From contig MNCI01001817.1 of the NCBI GenBank assembly GCA_015680685.1, positions 2,634 through 66,633 on the forward strand: a stretch of 64,000 bases of DNA, written 5' to 3'. The translations under genes and the position numbers were made by a program. A model generated the notes under the pieces. The model was not told where the DNA came from and ran no database searches. It saw nothing but the letters and a program-made list of their open reading frames with translations. Of the stretch, positions 1 through 12,329 are shown one piece after another. Each line of letters begins with the position of its first letter. The stretch's first letter is position 1. The stretch comes from Gnetum montanum (lineage: Eukaryota; Plantae; Gnetophyta).

Positions 1-1546
1 CATCATATAGGGACTATATAGACTAAGTGACTTAAAAAAATATGAATCTTTAATGACTCACAGTATTTGACAAGGTTAGCTGAATTTCTGTTATAATAGC
101 CAATTATAGTTTCATACAAAAACCTAACCATTTCAACATTCATAACAATAAACACACATTTACAATTAGTTCACTCTATTACCACTAAGTTTATTTGGAG
201 GTATCTAGGCCTTGGTGTTGCCAAAGACAAACAAGCACCTAAACTCAAGTTTAAAGAAACACCTTCGTTTCTCGTGATTCCAACCATGAGACTGAAGGAA
301 AACATTGGCAGTCCCAAACAGTTGCCAACAGTACTATCTGCGATCACAAACATAACCACGGATTAGTTTCTTAAACATAATATTTATTTCTTTTAGATAC
401 ATCTCTTTGTTTAATTGTGTTATGTTTATTAGTCAAACACTAGCATTTTATCATTAACTCCTTGTACAATGATCATAGGCATATGATATTATTTTATTCC
501 TACTTTAACAAAGGTTTATTGTTGATATTAACTCTTGTGATCATTAAATTAATATTGTTTTAATATCTTATGCAAGGGGAGTTAGACAAAATTTCTATGA
601 AAACCTAGTATTTGATGCCCCCACAATGTCAAGCATACCTCTAGTAGCATAAGAATTTAAGAATGAGTGAAAACAATTAAATAGGTGATAAGTTATTGCT
701 ATTGGAGGGCTTTGAGCTTTGAAAACTTGTAAAAACTCTTCTTGCATTTATGAGAAAATATGAAAAACAACCTAAGTGTCGCATGTATTTACAGGGTTTT
801 TGTGCTGCATTGACAGGGCTATGTCTATTAATCATGTTGCATTAATGGTGATGCATTAACACAACTATTTGCAACTACATTTTTCACTTAATATATCAAG
901 AAATTTAAAGTTGAGATTAAAAAAAGAACCAAATGGAAGCCAAAAACCTACAAAATCATAGCAATAACATAATTGAGGATATGGTTCAAGAAATTAAAGC
1001 AATTTAAGCATGTGGTATGAGTTATTAAAGGATGTTTCTTATGCTAAAGTTGAGTAAAAACTAGATGCTACAAGCTATCGAGATGATCAAGATTGCAATG
1101 AGGCCTAGGGTTAGGGGTTTGAACTAGAAGAAAACTAAAAGATATGCAAGTGGATCCTCCCCAAAGCAAGCTTATGCCTAATAGATCCATGCATAACCTC
1201 ATTACAAGGAGTCTGTAGGCAACCAACAATGATGAATGGTTATTCAAGTTAAACTTCATATCCATGTAAGGGATTGTCTTAGGATTATGAAAATTATAAA
1301 ACAAAACTATCAATTCATCATGGCATGAGACAATGAGGTGAAACAAAATGAAGTACAAGAATGATAGAAAGAGAATAATAAAAGACAAATCTACATCATG
1401 GTTACATGAGATCCTACTGAAATTTGTGATTACAGTGATCTTAATACTGATTCGTTACGAGTCTTAACTACATCCATTCTAATTACAATGACCTCACATT
1501 GATGTATTTCATCTCTCCTACCATCAGGAGCCTATGCTAGTTACAA

Positions 1547-2173
1547 TGTGACATACGATTATCGAATGTCATGATAAACATGAGATATATGTTATATTAG
1601 ACATTAGGCATAAAAAGATAACATAACAAATGTCAAATATATGCTATATTAGGCATTATGCGTAAACACATAACATTGCAAATGTCAAATATATGTAACA
1701 TTTGACATTAAGTGTAATGGAAATAATAGGGAAAATGCAAAAGGAAAGGAGAAAATAATTCTTTGGTGATGCAAAATAGTATATCTAGATCATGCTTTGA
1801 GAGTGTTTCTTGGGATTTTTCCCTTCGACATTGATCCTTTAGAGGCAATCCAACACTACCATCATAGTTAGGCCTACAACAAGCCAAAGGGAATGGCCAG
1901 TCCTCTTCCTATTCCACTTCACCTAACACTCATTACTTGCCTTTACTAGCTCTATAACTCCATGCTAATATGACCTCTAATGCCTAGTTATAAATACCTT
2001 AGGTCAAACACCCAAGGATCACCTCGAGAGATATGTCCATTTTTACAATACACCCTTTTGAGTCTTAATTACAACAAACCCTTTCAGGTCTTGTTACACT
2101 AATCTTAATATTAGTTATGAAGAGACACTATCTTTGTTATGCAACAGCATCATTTAGAAATAAGGACATTATA
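1547..2173 (-). mobile_element. Solo LTR of the same family as the LTRs at 2199-2625 and 6386-6958 (older, more diverged copy)
   Basis: Reverse complement aligns end to end with 6386-6958. Flanks are TACAA (1542-1546) and CACAA (2174-2178), a near-perfect 5-bp TSD. Contains an internal ~52-bp tandem triplication at ~1575-1715. Confidence 0.85.
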
Positions 2174-2198
2174 CACAAGGAATAATCATCACTTCGAG

Positions 2199-2625
2199 TG
2201 TCACATCCCCATTCCCAAATGATGCAGTTGCCTAATGAAGATGGTGTCTCTTCATAACAAATGTTATTGTCATCTTAACAAGACCCAAAAGGGTAGTTGT
2301 GATTAAGACCCGAAAGGGCATTTTGTAATAATGGATGTGTCTCTTGAGGCAACCTTTGGGGGTTTGACTTAAGGCATTTATACCTAAGGTTAGAGATCAT
2401 GCTAGCATGGAGTTGCAGAGCCTGGAAAGGTGAGTAACGGGAGTCGGGTGAAGCAAGACAGGAAGGGGACAGGGCCACCCTTCTGGCCAAGTTATAGGCC
2501 TAACCATGGTGGCAGTGTTGGATTGCCTCTAAGGGATGGATGCCAAAGGAANNNNNNNNNNNNNNNNNNNNNTAATATATGATATATTTGATGTTTGTCA
2601 TGACATCCAAGGATGGGATGTCACA
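2199..2625 (+). repeat. 5' LTR (with assembly gap 2552-2572)
   Basis: Matches 6386-6958 on both sides of the N run; TG...CA ends; followed by PBS. Confidence 0.9.
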
Positions 2626-2627
2626 AT

Positions 2628-2639
2628 TGGTATCAGAGC
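2628..2639 (+). promoter_or_regulatory. Primer binding site, initiator tRNA-Met
   Basis: TGGTATCAGAGC 2 nt after the LTR end. Confidence 0.95.
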
Positions 2640-3685
2640 AAACCATGACCCAAGGACCATTTAGAACCATGAACTTGATGATGAACCTTGAAGCCACAAC
2701 ACATGGAAAGCCATTGAACATCACCAAATGTACCATATATTTGTAATGCAAGTTAGAAGATACCTTTCCATTGACTTTGTGAACAATGGATCAGGCATCT
2801 AGATCTCAGCAACCAACAAAATTTCTTTCATGGATATCATTAGCCGATGAAGATTTGATCACACCTCTTCAAGCTTCATCAATTACAAAAAAATGTTGGT
2901 AAGATAATGATACACTAGTCCAGGTAACTCTTACCCATATTAATACTATAATTATTAATTGATTAGGGTTATTGTTGAATTTCTTTCAAGAAAGTTAGTA
3001 ACCATGACCTGAATTGATCTTGTTTTCTTAAAATTCATTCTCCTAGTAATCTAGAAGAATTTAAGTTACCATATGTCATCCTATAAATGTTAGTTCAAAA
3101 AAATAGGCTAGCTTGGTCCTTTTTAAAATCTACAACTATGTCCAACACGTAGTACTTGTTGAGATGATTCCAACGATACAAATTTCGTCTAAATCGGACT
3201 TACGATTTGGGAGATATTGATGTTTAAAGTTTCTATAGCCTCTATAGCTCTATAGCCTCTGTGCAAATTTTAAAAAATAATAATAAGTGCAAACCATGCA
3301 ACCATTGTTTGTAGGGGCTGGCCATGTTGCCCCTTCTCAAGGCCACTGCCCTCAACTAACACTTGCTTCCCGCTAACAACTACCTCCCTTGCATCGTCCG
3401 CCTCGCCTACCTACATAGCCTATGAAATTCTTGCCCTCATGCACTTCCATCAGCCTAGCCTTTGCGGCATTACTTGTTACTCCTTGCTACTTCTGCAAAA
3501 TGAAAACCCTCATCCGTGATATTCACCACATTCTTCATCGCTAATTGATTGCATCGCTGCTGCTTCAACACCGCCCATCATTGCCTTTTGCTCGATCCAT
3601 CACCGCCTTTCACTCCACCCATCACTGCCATCCACACTACCCATTACTACCTCCCGTGCCATCTATCACTACCATCCACGTCACC

Positions 3686-3795
3686 CATCACTCCTCTCGT
3701 GCTGCTCATCACTCCTCTTGTGCTGCTCATCACTACCTCCAACGTTGTGCTCATCACTCCTCTCGTGCTGCTCATCACTACCTCCAACGTCGTGC
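3686..3795. repeat. Minisatellite of 21- and 24-bp units (A-A-B-A-B)
   Basis: CATCACTCCTCTCGTGCTGCT and CATCACTACCTCCAACGTYGTGCT units. Confidence 0.9.
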
Positions 3796-4584
3796 AAATT
3801 CTCCGTTATATAATAGAAATATTTTAATTACTTATCAATTAACAAAAAAATTTGAAATTTTCGTCAATTAACAGAAAATTCAAATCTTCATCATTAAACT
3901 GTTAGTTTAAATCAGGAATTTGCAAAAATAATTTTCAAAATTAGAATTTTGCATGGTGGTAGCAATAGATATAACAATTTCACAATTAAGAACAATTACT
4001 TTGGAGTAGAACTAGGATGGATGACCTCTCAGAAAGTCTTATTTTTCGCGCTAAATGTCTTAGACTCCAAAAGCCATAACTTTTGATTTCGAAAGCCTTT
4101 TTTAGTAAATGAAGAGTCGTTTCCTATAGTTTTCAACCTTCTAGACACAATAGTAATCCCAAAAATTAGGTTTTACTCATTGCCCAATATAGTGCCTTGA
4201 GATCATTAAAAGTTTAATTTTCACACAACTTGAGCATACGATGTCCATTTTCAACATATAAATAGTCATTTCTAACATTTTTTACCCTTTTGAACTCAAT
4301 GGTGGGGTTAGATTTATTATCTAGGAACCCTATAATTCAATGATATTATAAATTCAACATTTTTAAGATTTAGTACATAACTCTTATAGATAGTCTTAAG
4401 ATCACTATGACATGTTATTAGTCACACTATCGGAGTTAGTGTTCTCAAGGGGGGTAGAAAGGTTATCAAAAATAATATAGTTAAATATTACTAAAAATTA
4501 GGTAATGTAATTATATATTACTAAAATTAGATAATATAGTTACATATTACTAGAATTATATGATGTCGTTAACTATTAGTTATT

Positions 4585-4663
4585 TAGTTGATGTAGTTGA
4601 TTATTAGTTGATGTAGTTGATTATTAGTTGATGTATTAGTTAATGAATAGTTGATGTATTAGT
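4585..4663. repeat. Short tandem repeats (TAGTTGATG / TATTAGTTGATG)
   Basis: Directly visible upstream of the CCR4-like ORF. Confidence 0.8.
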
Positions 4664-4755
4664 TGGAGAATTAGTTTAAGAAATAGAACAATCTTCAACC
4701 ATCAAGAAAAAGGTATATTAATCCATCCTATAATTAAAACATAGGACAAAATAAC

Positions 4756-5946
4756 ATGGAGACACAAAATCTTGTTTCAACAAGGAATATGATACTCATG
4801 AAGAGAAATGATCCAGACAAGAATCCAAGAATAGAAATGAAAGTTGCAACATACAATGTGCTTACAAGATCCCTAGTGAGTGAGAAACAATATCTTCTAT
4901 GTCCATCATGGGCCTTGGATTGGCACGAATATTAATACCCATGTATCTTAGCAGAATTAAAAGATTTGGATGTTGATTTCTTATGCTTACAAGAAATCTT
5001 ACCATGGAAATTTTTATATCAATTTCAACCATATTTGGAAAAGATGGGATACAAAGGTATTTATAAGCAAAAAGGTTCTTATGGAAGTTCTTCTTTTGAG
5101 CCGTATATATTAGCATATTGTAGGAATTACAACATGGATGGTTGTGCAATCTTTTATAAAAAAAAGCCAAGTTTGAATTGGTACAAAGATTTGAATGGAG
5201 TTTAGAAAATGTGATTTTTTGAAATTCCAGAACTTCAAGCAATGGGAAAGAAAGAACAGTCAAGATTTTAGAAAAATCACATAGCCCTAGCAGTGATTCT
5301 AAAAGTTCATCTATTAGGAAGATGTGTATGCATGGTTAACACACATTAAATTGCCAAACCAACATGTTCAGATGTTAGACTTTGTCAAGGAGCATACTTG
5401 ATTAACCAAATAGAAGAAAGTTTGAAGAAGAAGTTATCCCTAAGTTGTACCAATCCAGTTCCATTTATTCTTTGTGGAGACTTCAATGCAAAAGTTGGAA
5501 GTAGCATTTATTAATTTCTAAAATATGGATATGTACAGGAATCTTTGGAAGATGAACTTGACTTGAAGAAGATGTTTCCATCAATTCAGCATGCAATTCC
5601 ACTATCCAGTGCATATTCTACTTACTTTGAATTTTCAGTAGATAATTCAGATTCTAGAATTCAAGAACATATGATGTTGATGGATAGCACTCATCAAGAA
5701 CCACAGTTTACAAATTATACTACAATGATTAATGAAGATGGTTCAACAACATTCTTCATTGAGACTTTGGATTATATTTGGTATGATACTTGATTCTTTC
5801 AAGTTACCAAGTTACTAGAGTTGATTTCTAAAGAAGAAGTTGAGAAGAATCAAGATCAAGCCTTGCCATCACGAACAAGACCATCTAATCACATATCACT
5901 TATAGTAGAATTACAGTTACTCCCATCAATTCATAAGATTGATTAG
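4756..5946 (+). pseudogene. Intronless CCR4-like deadenylase (EEP exonuclease-endonuclease-phosphatase domain), disrupted
   Basis: Motifs in CCR4 order: KVATYNVL, CPSWALDW, DFLCLQE, MDGCAIFY, KNHIALAVIL, VNTH, PFILCGDFN, HAIPLSSAY, EPQFTNYT, FIETLDYIWY, LPS..PSNHISL. Stops at 4933, 5269, 5347, 5512 and 5791, plus a compensating frameshift pair in the A-run (~5160) and T-run (~5218). Confidence 0.92.
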
Positions 5947-6385
5947 GATCAAGAAGTATCTCACTCTTCCTTTTATTTGAAGATCTTATTATTTTATTCA
6001 TTGTTTAATTTATATTTCAATTAGATTAATAAAATATCTAAGGAAATGCAAGTTGGAAATGAAGAATTTTCCCTACCTTCACTTGGATAATCATATATGA
6101 GTTGCACATTGTGTGACCCTGGTTAGAACTAGTGATTGGTAGTTAGTAGATCTTTAATTCACTTATTGTCATTATCTTGGAAAATGAAATAAGTATCAAG
6201 AAAGTAATTTTGCATATAATCTTTCTCACATATATCTTATTTGCAAAATAAGCAAGAGACAACTTCAAGATCAAAGGAGGAATCAAATTATTGAAGCACA
6301 CAATCATGAAAGAAAGCATTGGAGCTAGAAGAAGATAAAGAACATGGATTCGTTCAAGGATGAACAAAACCTAAGGGGGGTAGAT

Positions 6386-6958
6386 TGTCACATCCCCATT
6401 CCCAAATGATGTGGTTGCCTAATGAAGATGGTGTCTCTTCATAAAAAATGTTATTGTCATCTTAACAAGACCCAAAAGGGTAGTTGTGATTAAGACCTGA
6501 AAGGGCATGTTGTAAGAATGAACATGTCTTTTGAGGTAACCTTTGGGGGTTTGACCTAAGGCATTTATACTGGGGGTTAGAGGTCGTGCTAGTATGGAGT
6601 TGCGGAGCTTGGAGAGGCAAGTAGCAGGAGCTGGGTGAAGGAGGACAAGAAGGGGATTGGCCCATCCTTCTGGCTGAGTTATAGGCCTAACCATGGTGGC
6701 AGTGCTAGATTACCTCTAAGGGATAGATGTCAAAGGAAGAAAACCCCAAGGAACTCTCTCAAAGCACTCTCTAAATACACCTTTCCATATCAATAAAGCA
6801 TTCTTTTGTTTCCTTTTTTGCATTTTTTCTATTATTTCCTTTATACATAATGCTGAATATCACTTATATTTTGCATTGGTATATTTTCTCTGTATGCATA
6901 ATGTCTAATATATGGTATATTTGATGTTTTCCATGACATCCAGGGACATGATGTCACA
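6386..6958 (+). repeat. 3' LTR
   Basis: Follows the PPT; TG...CA ends; AATAAA at ~6792. Confidence 0.92.
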
Positions 6959-7529
6959 CCAAGAAAAGAAGAAAAGAAAAGAAGGATGTAGGTAGGAACT
7001 TATTTAGAGGGGTACCTTCACACATAAGTAATATGTCTTTCTAGCCCTACAACTAGTGCTTATAGCCCATGAGATTATCAAAGGGGTAAGCTTTGAATTC
7101 ATGTTGTGTTTTTTTTTTCTAAGAACCACATCATATAGAGGCATGCTTCCTTTTATGGCAAATGATAGGAATGATGATATACCAATGAGGAGCCATAGAA
7201 CTGAAGAAGAAAGTTGAGAAAAGAATACAAAAAATCTCCTTGAGGTCATTACCTTTTCCATTCCCTCTTGGTTCTTTCCCAGTTCATTGGGTAATAAGAT
7301 CACATGTTACTTTTAGTTTTTTATGTGAAAGAGCCTTTATGTTTCCATAATGTAGACTCCACATGGAATAGATGGAATGGGTGGATATCATGAATTCACT
7401 ACCTAATGCCACTAGAAAACTGATAGAGTGTTAGTAGAGAACATAATCCAAGGATGAAGTTGATCATTTATAATCAATCATAACTTTGATAGTTGTGTTC
7501 AACAATTTTCAGAATTTGTAGTTTCCATG

Positions 7530-8465
7530 TGATGAGACGCGATTCGCATGAGCCGCGATATCACGTCATCCCCTGCGATATCGCAGTCCACCGCCATATC
7601 TATAAATAAGAGGCGGCACTCCCCTTATTCCTCATCCTAGGCTAGAAGTAGGGAAACTCTGGTAGATTGATCACTCCAGAGATAGAATATTTTCCATGTG
7701 CCCGCAGTAGGAGTCCCTAGGTGAACGGATCTTTATTCGAGCAATATTGTACCTGAACGCAACTTGTGTACGGCAATAAAGATGAGCTTTGTGGATAAAC
7801 CTTGCAGTGCATGGAATAGGATTTATTATATGTTATTTCCTACCTGTTATTTATTACCCTGCAGTAGCGCGGCATGAGTATGACTTGATTACGAGCATTT
7901 ATGGATGTGTACAGCTAATCAAGGAATCAACTGCTCATCACGATTAGATTCTCTCACCCTCAACTCCTAGAATGCGGAATGAGTACGACTTGATTACGAG
8001 CATCTAAGGATGTGTATGGATAGTCAAGGAATAGATGCTCATTACGCTTAAGCTAGTTAGGTGCCTCAGTACGAGCACTTCGAGCACGTGCGTTACGTGT
8101 GGTGATCCCAGTAATGATTAGCATTTGGTAGCCACAGTTGCATAGTTCAGGGTGTGTACGGTAAGTGGGAAAGGATGCTAACGCTAGTTAATTTAGACTT
8201 AGTCATTAGTTAGAGTTAGTTAGTTTCTCAACCCTTCTCTCGTAGCATAGAAGACATAAAAACAGAAAAGACCATAAAAATCATATACCTCAGACTTACT
8301 TAACCATACACTGTGACAACTACAAGTAGGTCTGGGAAGACAACGAATGATTAACCCCAAATGTTCCATGGGGCGTGTAGGCATTTAGTCTACGGAGTTC
8401 GACCGGATCGTGCGTGCTATGCTCGTTTTGTATGGTTGAGTGTAGGGGTACCTCGCCACTCATCA
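7530..8465 (+). mobile_element. Young Athila-like solo LTR
   Basis: TGATGAG...CTCATCA termini with perfect 5-bp TSD CCATG (7525-7529, 8466-8470). CpG-rich, with a TATAAATA box. The 3' end is homologous to the LTRs at 9186 and 17284. Confidence 0.95.
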
Positions 8466-9860
8466 CCATGGAACAAAATCGAAGAAGTCAAATAAGACTA
8501 AATAAAAATAAGAAGGAAATGAAAATATATAAAATAATTAGTAAAATATAAAGAATATAAAAAGTATATAGGAAACATTACAAAAAGAAGAAAATTTTTT
8601 TATCCTTGTCAAGGTATTATGGTAGATGGGTATCTTCACCCCGACTAAGTTGAAAGGAGGAGATTTGGAAAATGGAGTGAGCTTGTTCTTGATCAAAGGT
8701 GCTAGTATTATGGTTGGTTACTTAGAAGTCCAAGAATGATTTAAGTTACTAGATGTTGACTAGCATGTGTTTTTGAGGGCTTATTAGGTGAAAATTTATC
8801 ATAGCCCCAAATGGAAAACTTGAGTGGATCATGTAAGGTCCTTCTCGTAGTGTATAGAACTTAATTCGTTGTGGCACATGCATGGGATTCCAATAGAGAA
8901 TCTTGTCTTCCAGTTCGAATATAACTTACCTAATCCATGTGCCATGACATTTTTTATTGTGTGCTTTGGACACTTCATTCATCATTAGCACTATTTTTTG
9001 ATTTTTATCTAGTACGTTAAGTATCATGAGTCATTCTTTTTATGCTAAATTAATGTCTAAGTTAAGTTCATAGGTAATTATGAGTGTATGGAGTTTAGTT
9101 TGAATTGGAAGTTTAGATAACTTTCCTTATACTAACTCATATGAAGAGTAGCCTATATTAAGTTTCCATGTTGAGTGATATTCCCTAATGAATTGTGATT
9201 CATTAGGCCCCAATATCGTGTACATGATATCGAGTAAGCGATATCGTGGCCTAGCTCGCGATATTGAATGTGCGATATCGCGGTTCCCATGTGAGCAAAT
9301 AAATACACAATGGGGTGCATAGGAAAGTAATAGTAAGTTAGTTTTCAGTCAGTAGATAGAAGTTAGTTCATTTTTAGTTCTTCTCAACACTTTCTCCCAG
9401 TGCATGCCCGCAGTGTCACTAGTTCTTCTCAACACTTTCTCAACACGAGCATACAAGTGTGACTACTTGGTATCCTAGTAGTGTACGTAGGCCATGCACT
9501 TGGTAACCCTAGTGGTAGTTGTGCATGAGGTACAAGATGTGTACAGATGATTAAGGAATGAATGCTCATCACACTTAAGCTAGCTTAGGCTCTCTCTCCC
9601 TTTTCCTCTTAGCTTAATTAAAGTTATTTTCCAATTGCCTCCAAGAGTAGCACTAGGTTAGAAACTACATCATACACCTCACTCTGGACTAAACCATACG
9701 TGACAAAGCAAATACTAGTCTAGGTGGGAAGACAACAAACTGTGATCAGCAAGTAACTATCTAGATACCATAGCTAGCCCGTCTGCAGAGTTTGACCAAA
9801 TCATTCATGAAACTCTCGTATTCTTATGGTTGAGTGTAGGTGTACCTCACCACTCATCAT

Positions 9861-9878
9861 TGGCACCGTTGCCAGGGA
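9861..9878 (+). promoter_or_regulatory. PBS (tRNA-Asp type, Athila-like)
   Basis: Decayed TGGCGCCGTTGCCGGGGA immediately after the LTR. Confidence 0.85.
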
Positions 9879-9992
9879 GAATGCTAGTTATTTAGATTAG
9901 TTATATCACACAAGATTTCTGTAAAAAATTATTCACGATATATCTCTTAGAAAAGAAATTAATTTTAATTAAGTCACAGATAGTTCACAACA

Positions 9993-12329
9993 ATGTCTCT
10001 CTCACAAGACTCTGACAACACAACAATGAGTAAGGTAATTCATTGGAGAACCAACAACTTTTATGATGATGAAGATAAAGTTTGGAGTACTCAACCTTAT
10101 GCAGGAGTCCCCTACATTCATGAACATTGCAATGATACTCAAGGATTCTTACCAACCAACTCTGACACCTCTAGTAAGGATGAGACATCCGATAGAACGA
10201 GGAGGCCTGAAAGGCCTAGGACCTTCTCGATAACTAACAAGAACTTATTTGGGGATGATTGGAAGACTTACAAAAGTCATAATGAGTTTTATAGTTCCCT
10301 CTCTTCCTCTACTCCTTCAATGTTAGATTGTGACATGGATGACTATCTTTCAAGGGATTGGTGTAGAACTAAAATCCGAGCTCACAAAGAAAATTGAGAA
10401 CGCCAACATGAACAAGGACAACATCGTCCCAATGCACAAACTCACAACCCACTTAGTGACAATGAACCCCTGCTGGCCACTAAGAGCCTAATGCCTATAC
10501 AAGAGGCCATTCAAATATCCTGCAGCCATCACAAGAAAAGCCATCTACACAAGCTTGACTTAAACAACTTTCCTAAGTTTTCCGGAGGCTATGATTTAGA
10601 TTCGCAACATCATCTACAAGCCTTCTACGATTCCTGTGTATGGAACAATATTGATAATGGGTGGCAAAAACTTAAGCTCTTTCCTATAACACTTGTTGGC
10701 TAAGCAAAAGTGTGGTACAGATCGTTAAAACCAAAATCAATCCGTAGTTGGCCAACAATGGTAGAACTCTTCAACGAAAGATATCAAACTTATGCAAGAG
10801 TGTGAGCCTTGAGGAAAAAAATCCAAGAGTGGAAACAAGAGCAACATGAACCCTTGGACATGGCCTTAGAAGAAAGATATTATGCATTGTTAAACAACTA
10901 CCCAGGCCATGGGTTCTCTGAGGAGAGGCTAGTGTACCATATCATAGATGGGCTCCGTAATGAAATAAGGGAAAGCCTAGGGATGTATGCCTGAGGTCAA
11001 CTATACAAGCTACAAACCCATTAACTCTAAGAGCTTATTAAGCGGGTAGCAAAAGAAGAAGGAGAAATGGCTAAATGGGAGAATGTTGAAAGCTCTCAAT
11101 GGGACCAAAATCTCGACTTAACAAAGGTCCGTATCCATAAAGAGGAGAAATCAACTCACCTAGAGGAAGTGCAAGCATTTCTACCTTTGCCAATGCAACA
11201 ATCACTAGATGAAATCATGGAAAAAATTAATAAGATGACGGAGTGGGTGCATGGAAAATATGGAGAATATGCTAGCAATAGTAGAGCCACAACTATGCCA
11301 AATCAAGAAACAAGATAGGACACCACGCAACAATCAGAACAAAGGGTAGAAGATAATAAGAATAAGAACTCAATTGCCAACTTCCCATATCAATGTAATG
11401 TCTATCTATACGATCACCCCAAAGGCCAATGCCTAGTTTTGTCACATTTACATGAGCATTAGGGAGGAATGTTACACCTAGATTTCGTACAGAAATATTG
11501 GGTTCAACCACAATGGCAAAAGCCCCAGTCATGGGGGAAGGCATCACCAACTTGACCATATCCTTTGTATGTCCCAATGCCAAATGCTTACTATGTTCAA
11601 CATCCTATTTCTCCAACCGGATCATCATCCTCTACTTCACCTCATTGTTATCATTTTTTAGACTACTATCCACTCATACGCTCTTCGCCAAGGTCGCCAC
11701 CTCATGTATCTTACACTTTTCCTCAACAATAATATTCTCATCCTTCACCTCCTTCTACATTACCACCAATTGTACTTGAAGGGTTTGCACCACAGCATTA
11801 ACCCATGAATGTTACTTGTGCTACTACTAACAACAATAATTGAAACCCACCTCACCAAAGGTGTCCCTTCTTTAGACGTGACCATTGAAAGGGACATCTC
11901 AATTCCGAAACCACTGCACCCTCCAACTCAGCACAAGTTCAACACTGTGGTGCATCTTCCTCTTCGAACCTAGCACCTCATGTTACTTTATCAGGGCCAC
12001 CAATCAATACTCCAACAACCATGCAGCCTAGTGAATCTAGCCACAAAGGAAGACATATCAATCCTTGCATACCATCTTATAGTCACGAGTGCCATAGTGG
12101 GTTAGCTCCTTATCACATAACCACATCTTATAATCTACCTCACTATGCCTACTACAATCAAGTGTGTGAACCCCAATTTGGGTATATTCCTACCACCACC
12201 TCAAAAGACACCCGATGGTTTGGATATGATCGGACTTCAATGTTTCCAAAATGCTTGGATCCAAACCTTCCATTTATTAATTCTAGCCATGCTGAACCGT
12301 TTAGCTATGGGGGGTATCCTCCATTCTAA
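9993..12329 (+). pseudogene. Degenerate retrotransposon gag with Pro-rich tail
   Basis: FPKFSGG..DSQHHLQAF, KLKLFPITLVG.AKVWY, SIRSWPTM.ELF, QEWKQEQHEPL..ERYY.LL..YP.HG motifs, interrupted by stops. Confidence 0.85.

Larger units (their letters stand above)
2199..6958 (+). mobile_element. Non-autonomous LTR retrotransposon (Tekay/chromovirus-like ends) carrying a CCR4-like gene
   Basis: Direct LTRs TGTCACATCCCC...GATGTCACA at 2199-2625 (contains N gap) and 6386-6958. PBS TGGTATCAGAGC at 2628-2639, PPT AAGGGGGGTAGAT at 6373-6385. Flanks TCGAG/CCAAG are both derivable from CCGAG by methyl-C decay. No gag/pol motifs seen. Confidence 0.9.

Noticed and set aside
2225-2330. Hammerhead or twister ribozyme in the LTR (retrozyme)
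   Set aside because: CTAATGA is not a conserved CTGATGA (the third copy has ATAACAA), there is no correctly placed GAAA core, and the twister L4 loop is absent.
2405-2455. Possible 5S rRNA-derived segment in the LTR (Cassandra-like)
   Set aside because: Only short words (AGTT, GCTTGG, AGTAG, TGGGTGA) match 5S internal promoter boxes; the rest does not, and the element is far larger than a Cassandra TRIM.
2645-2963. Small ORF after the PBS with a faint ubiquitin-like look
   Set aside because: Needs several stops and frameshifts repaired; no convincing motif.
3545-3871. His-rich ORFs
   Set aside because: Open only because of the 21/24-bp minisatellite; non-ATG starts.
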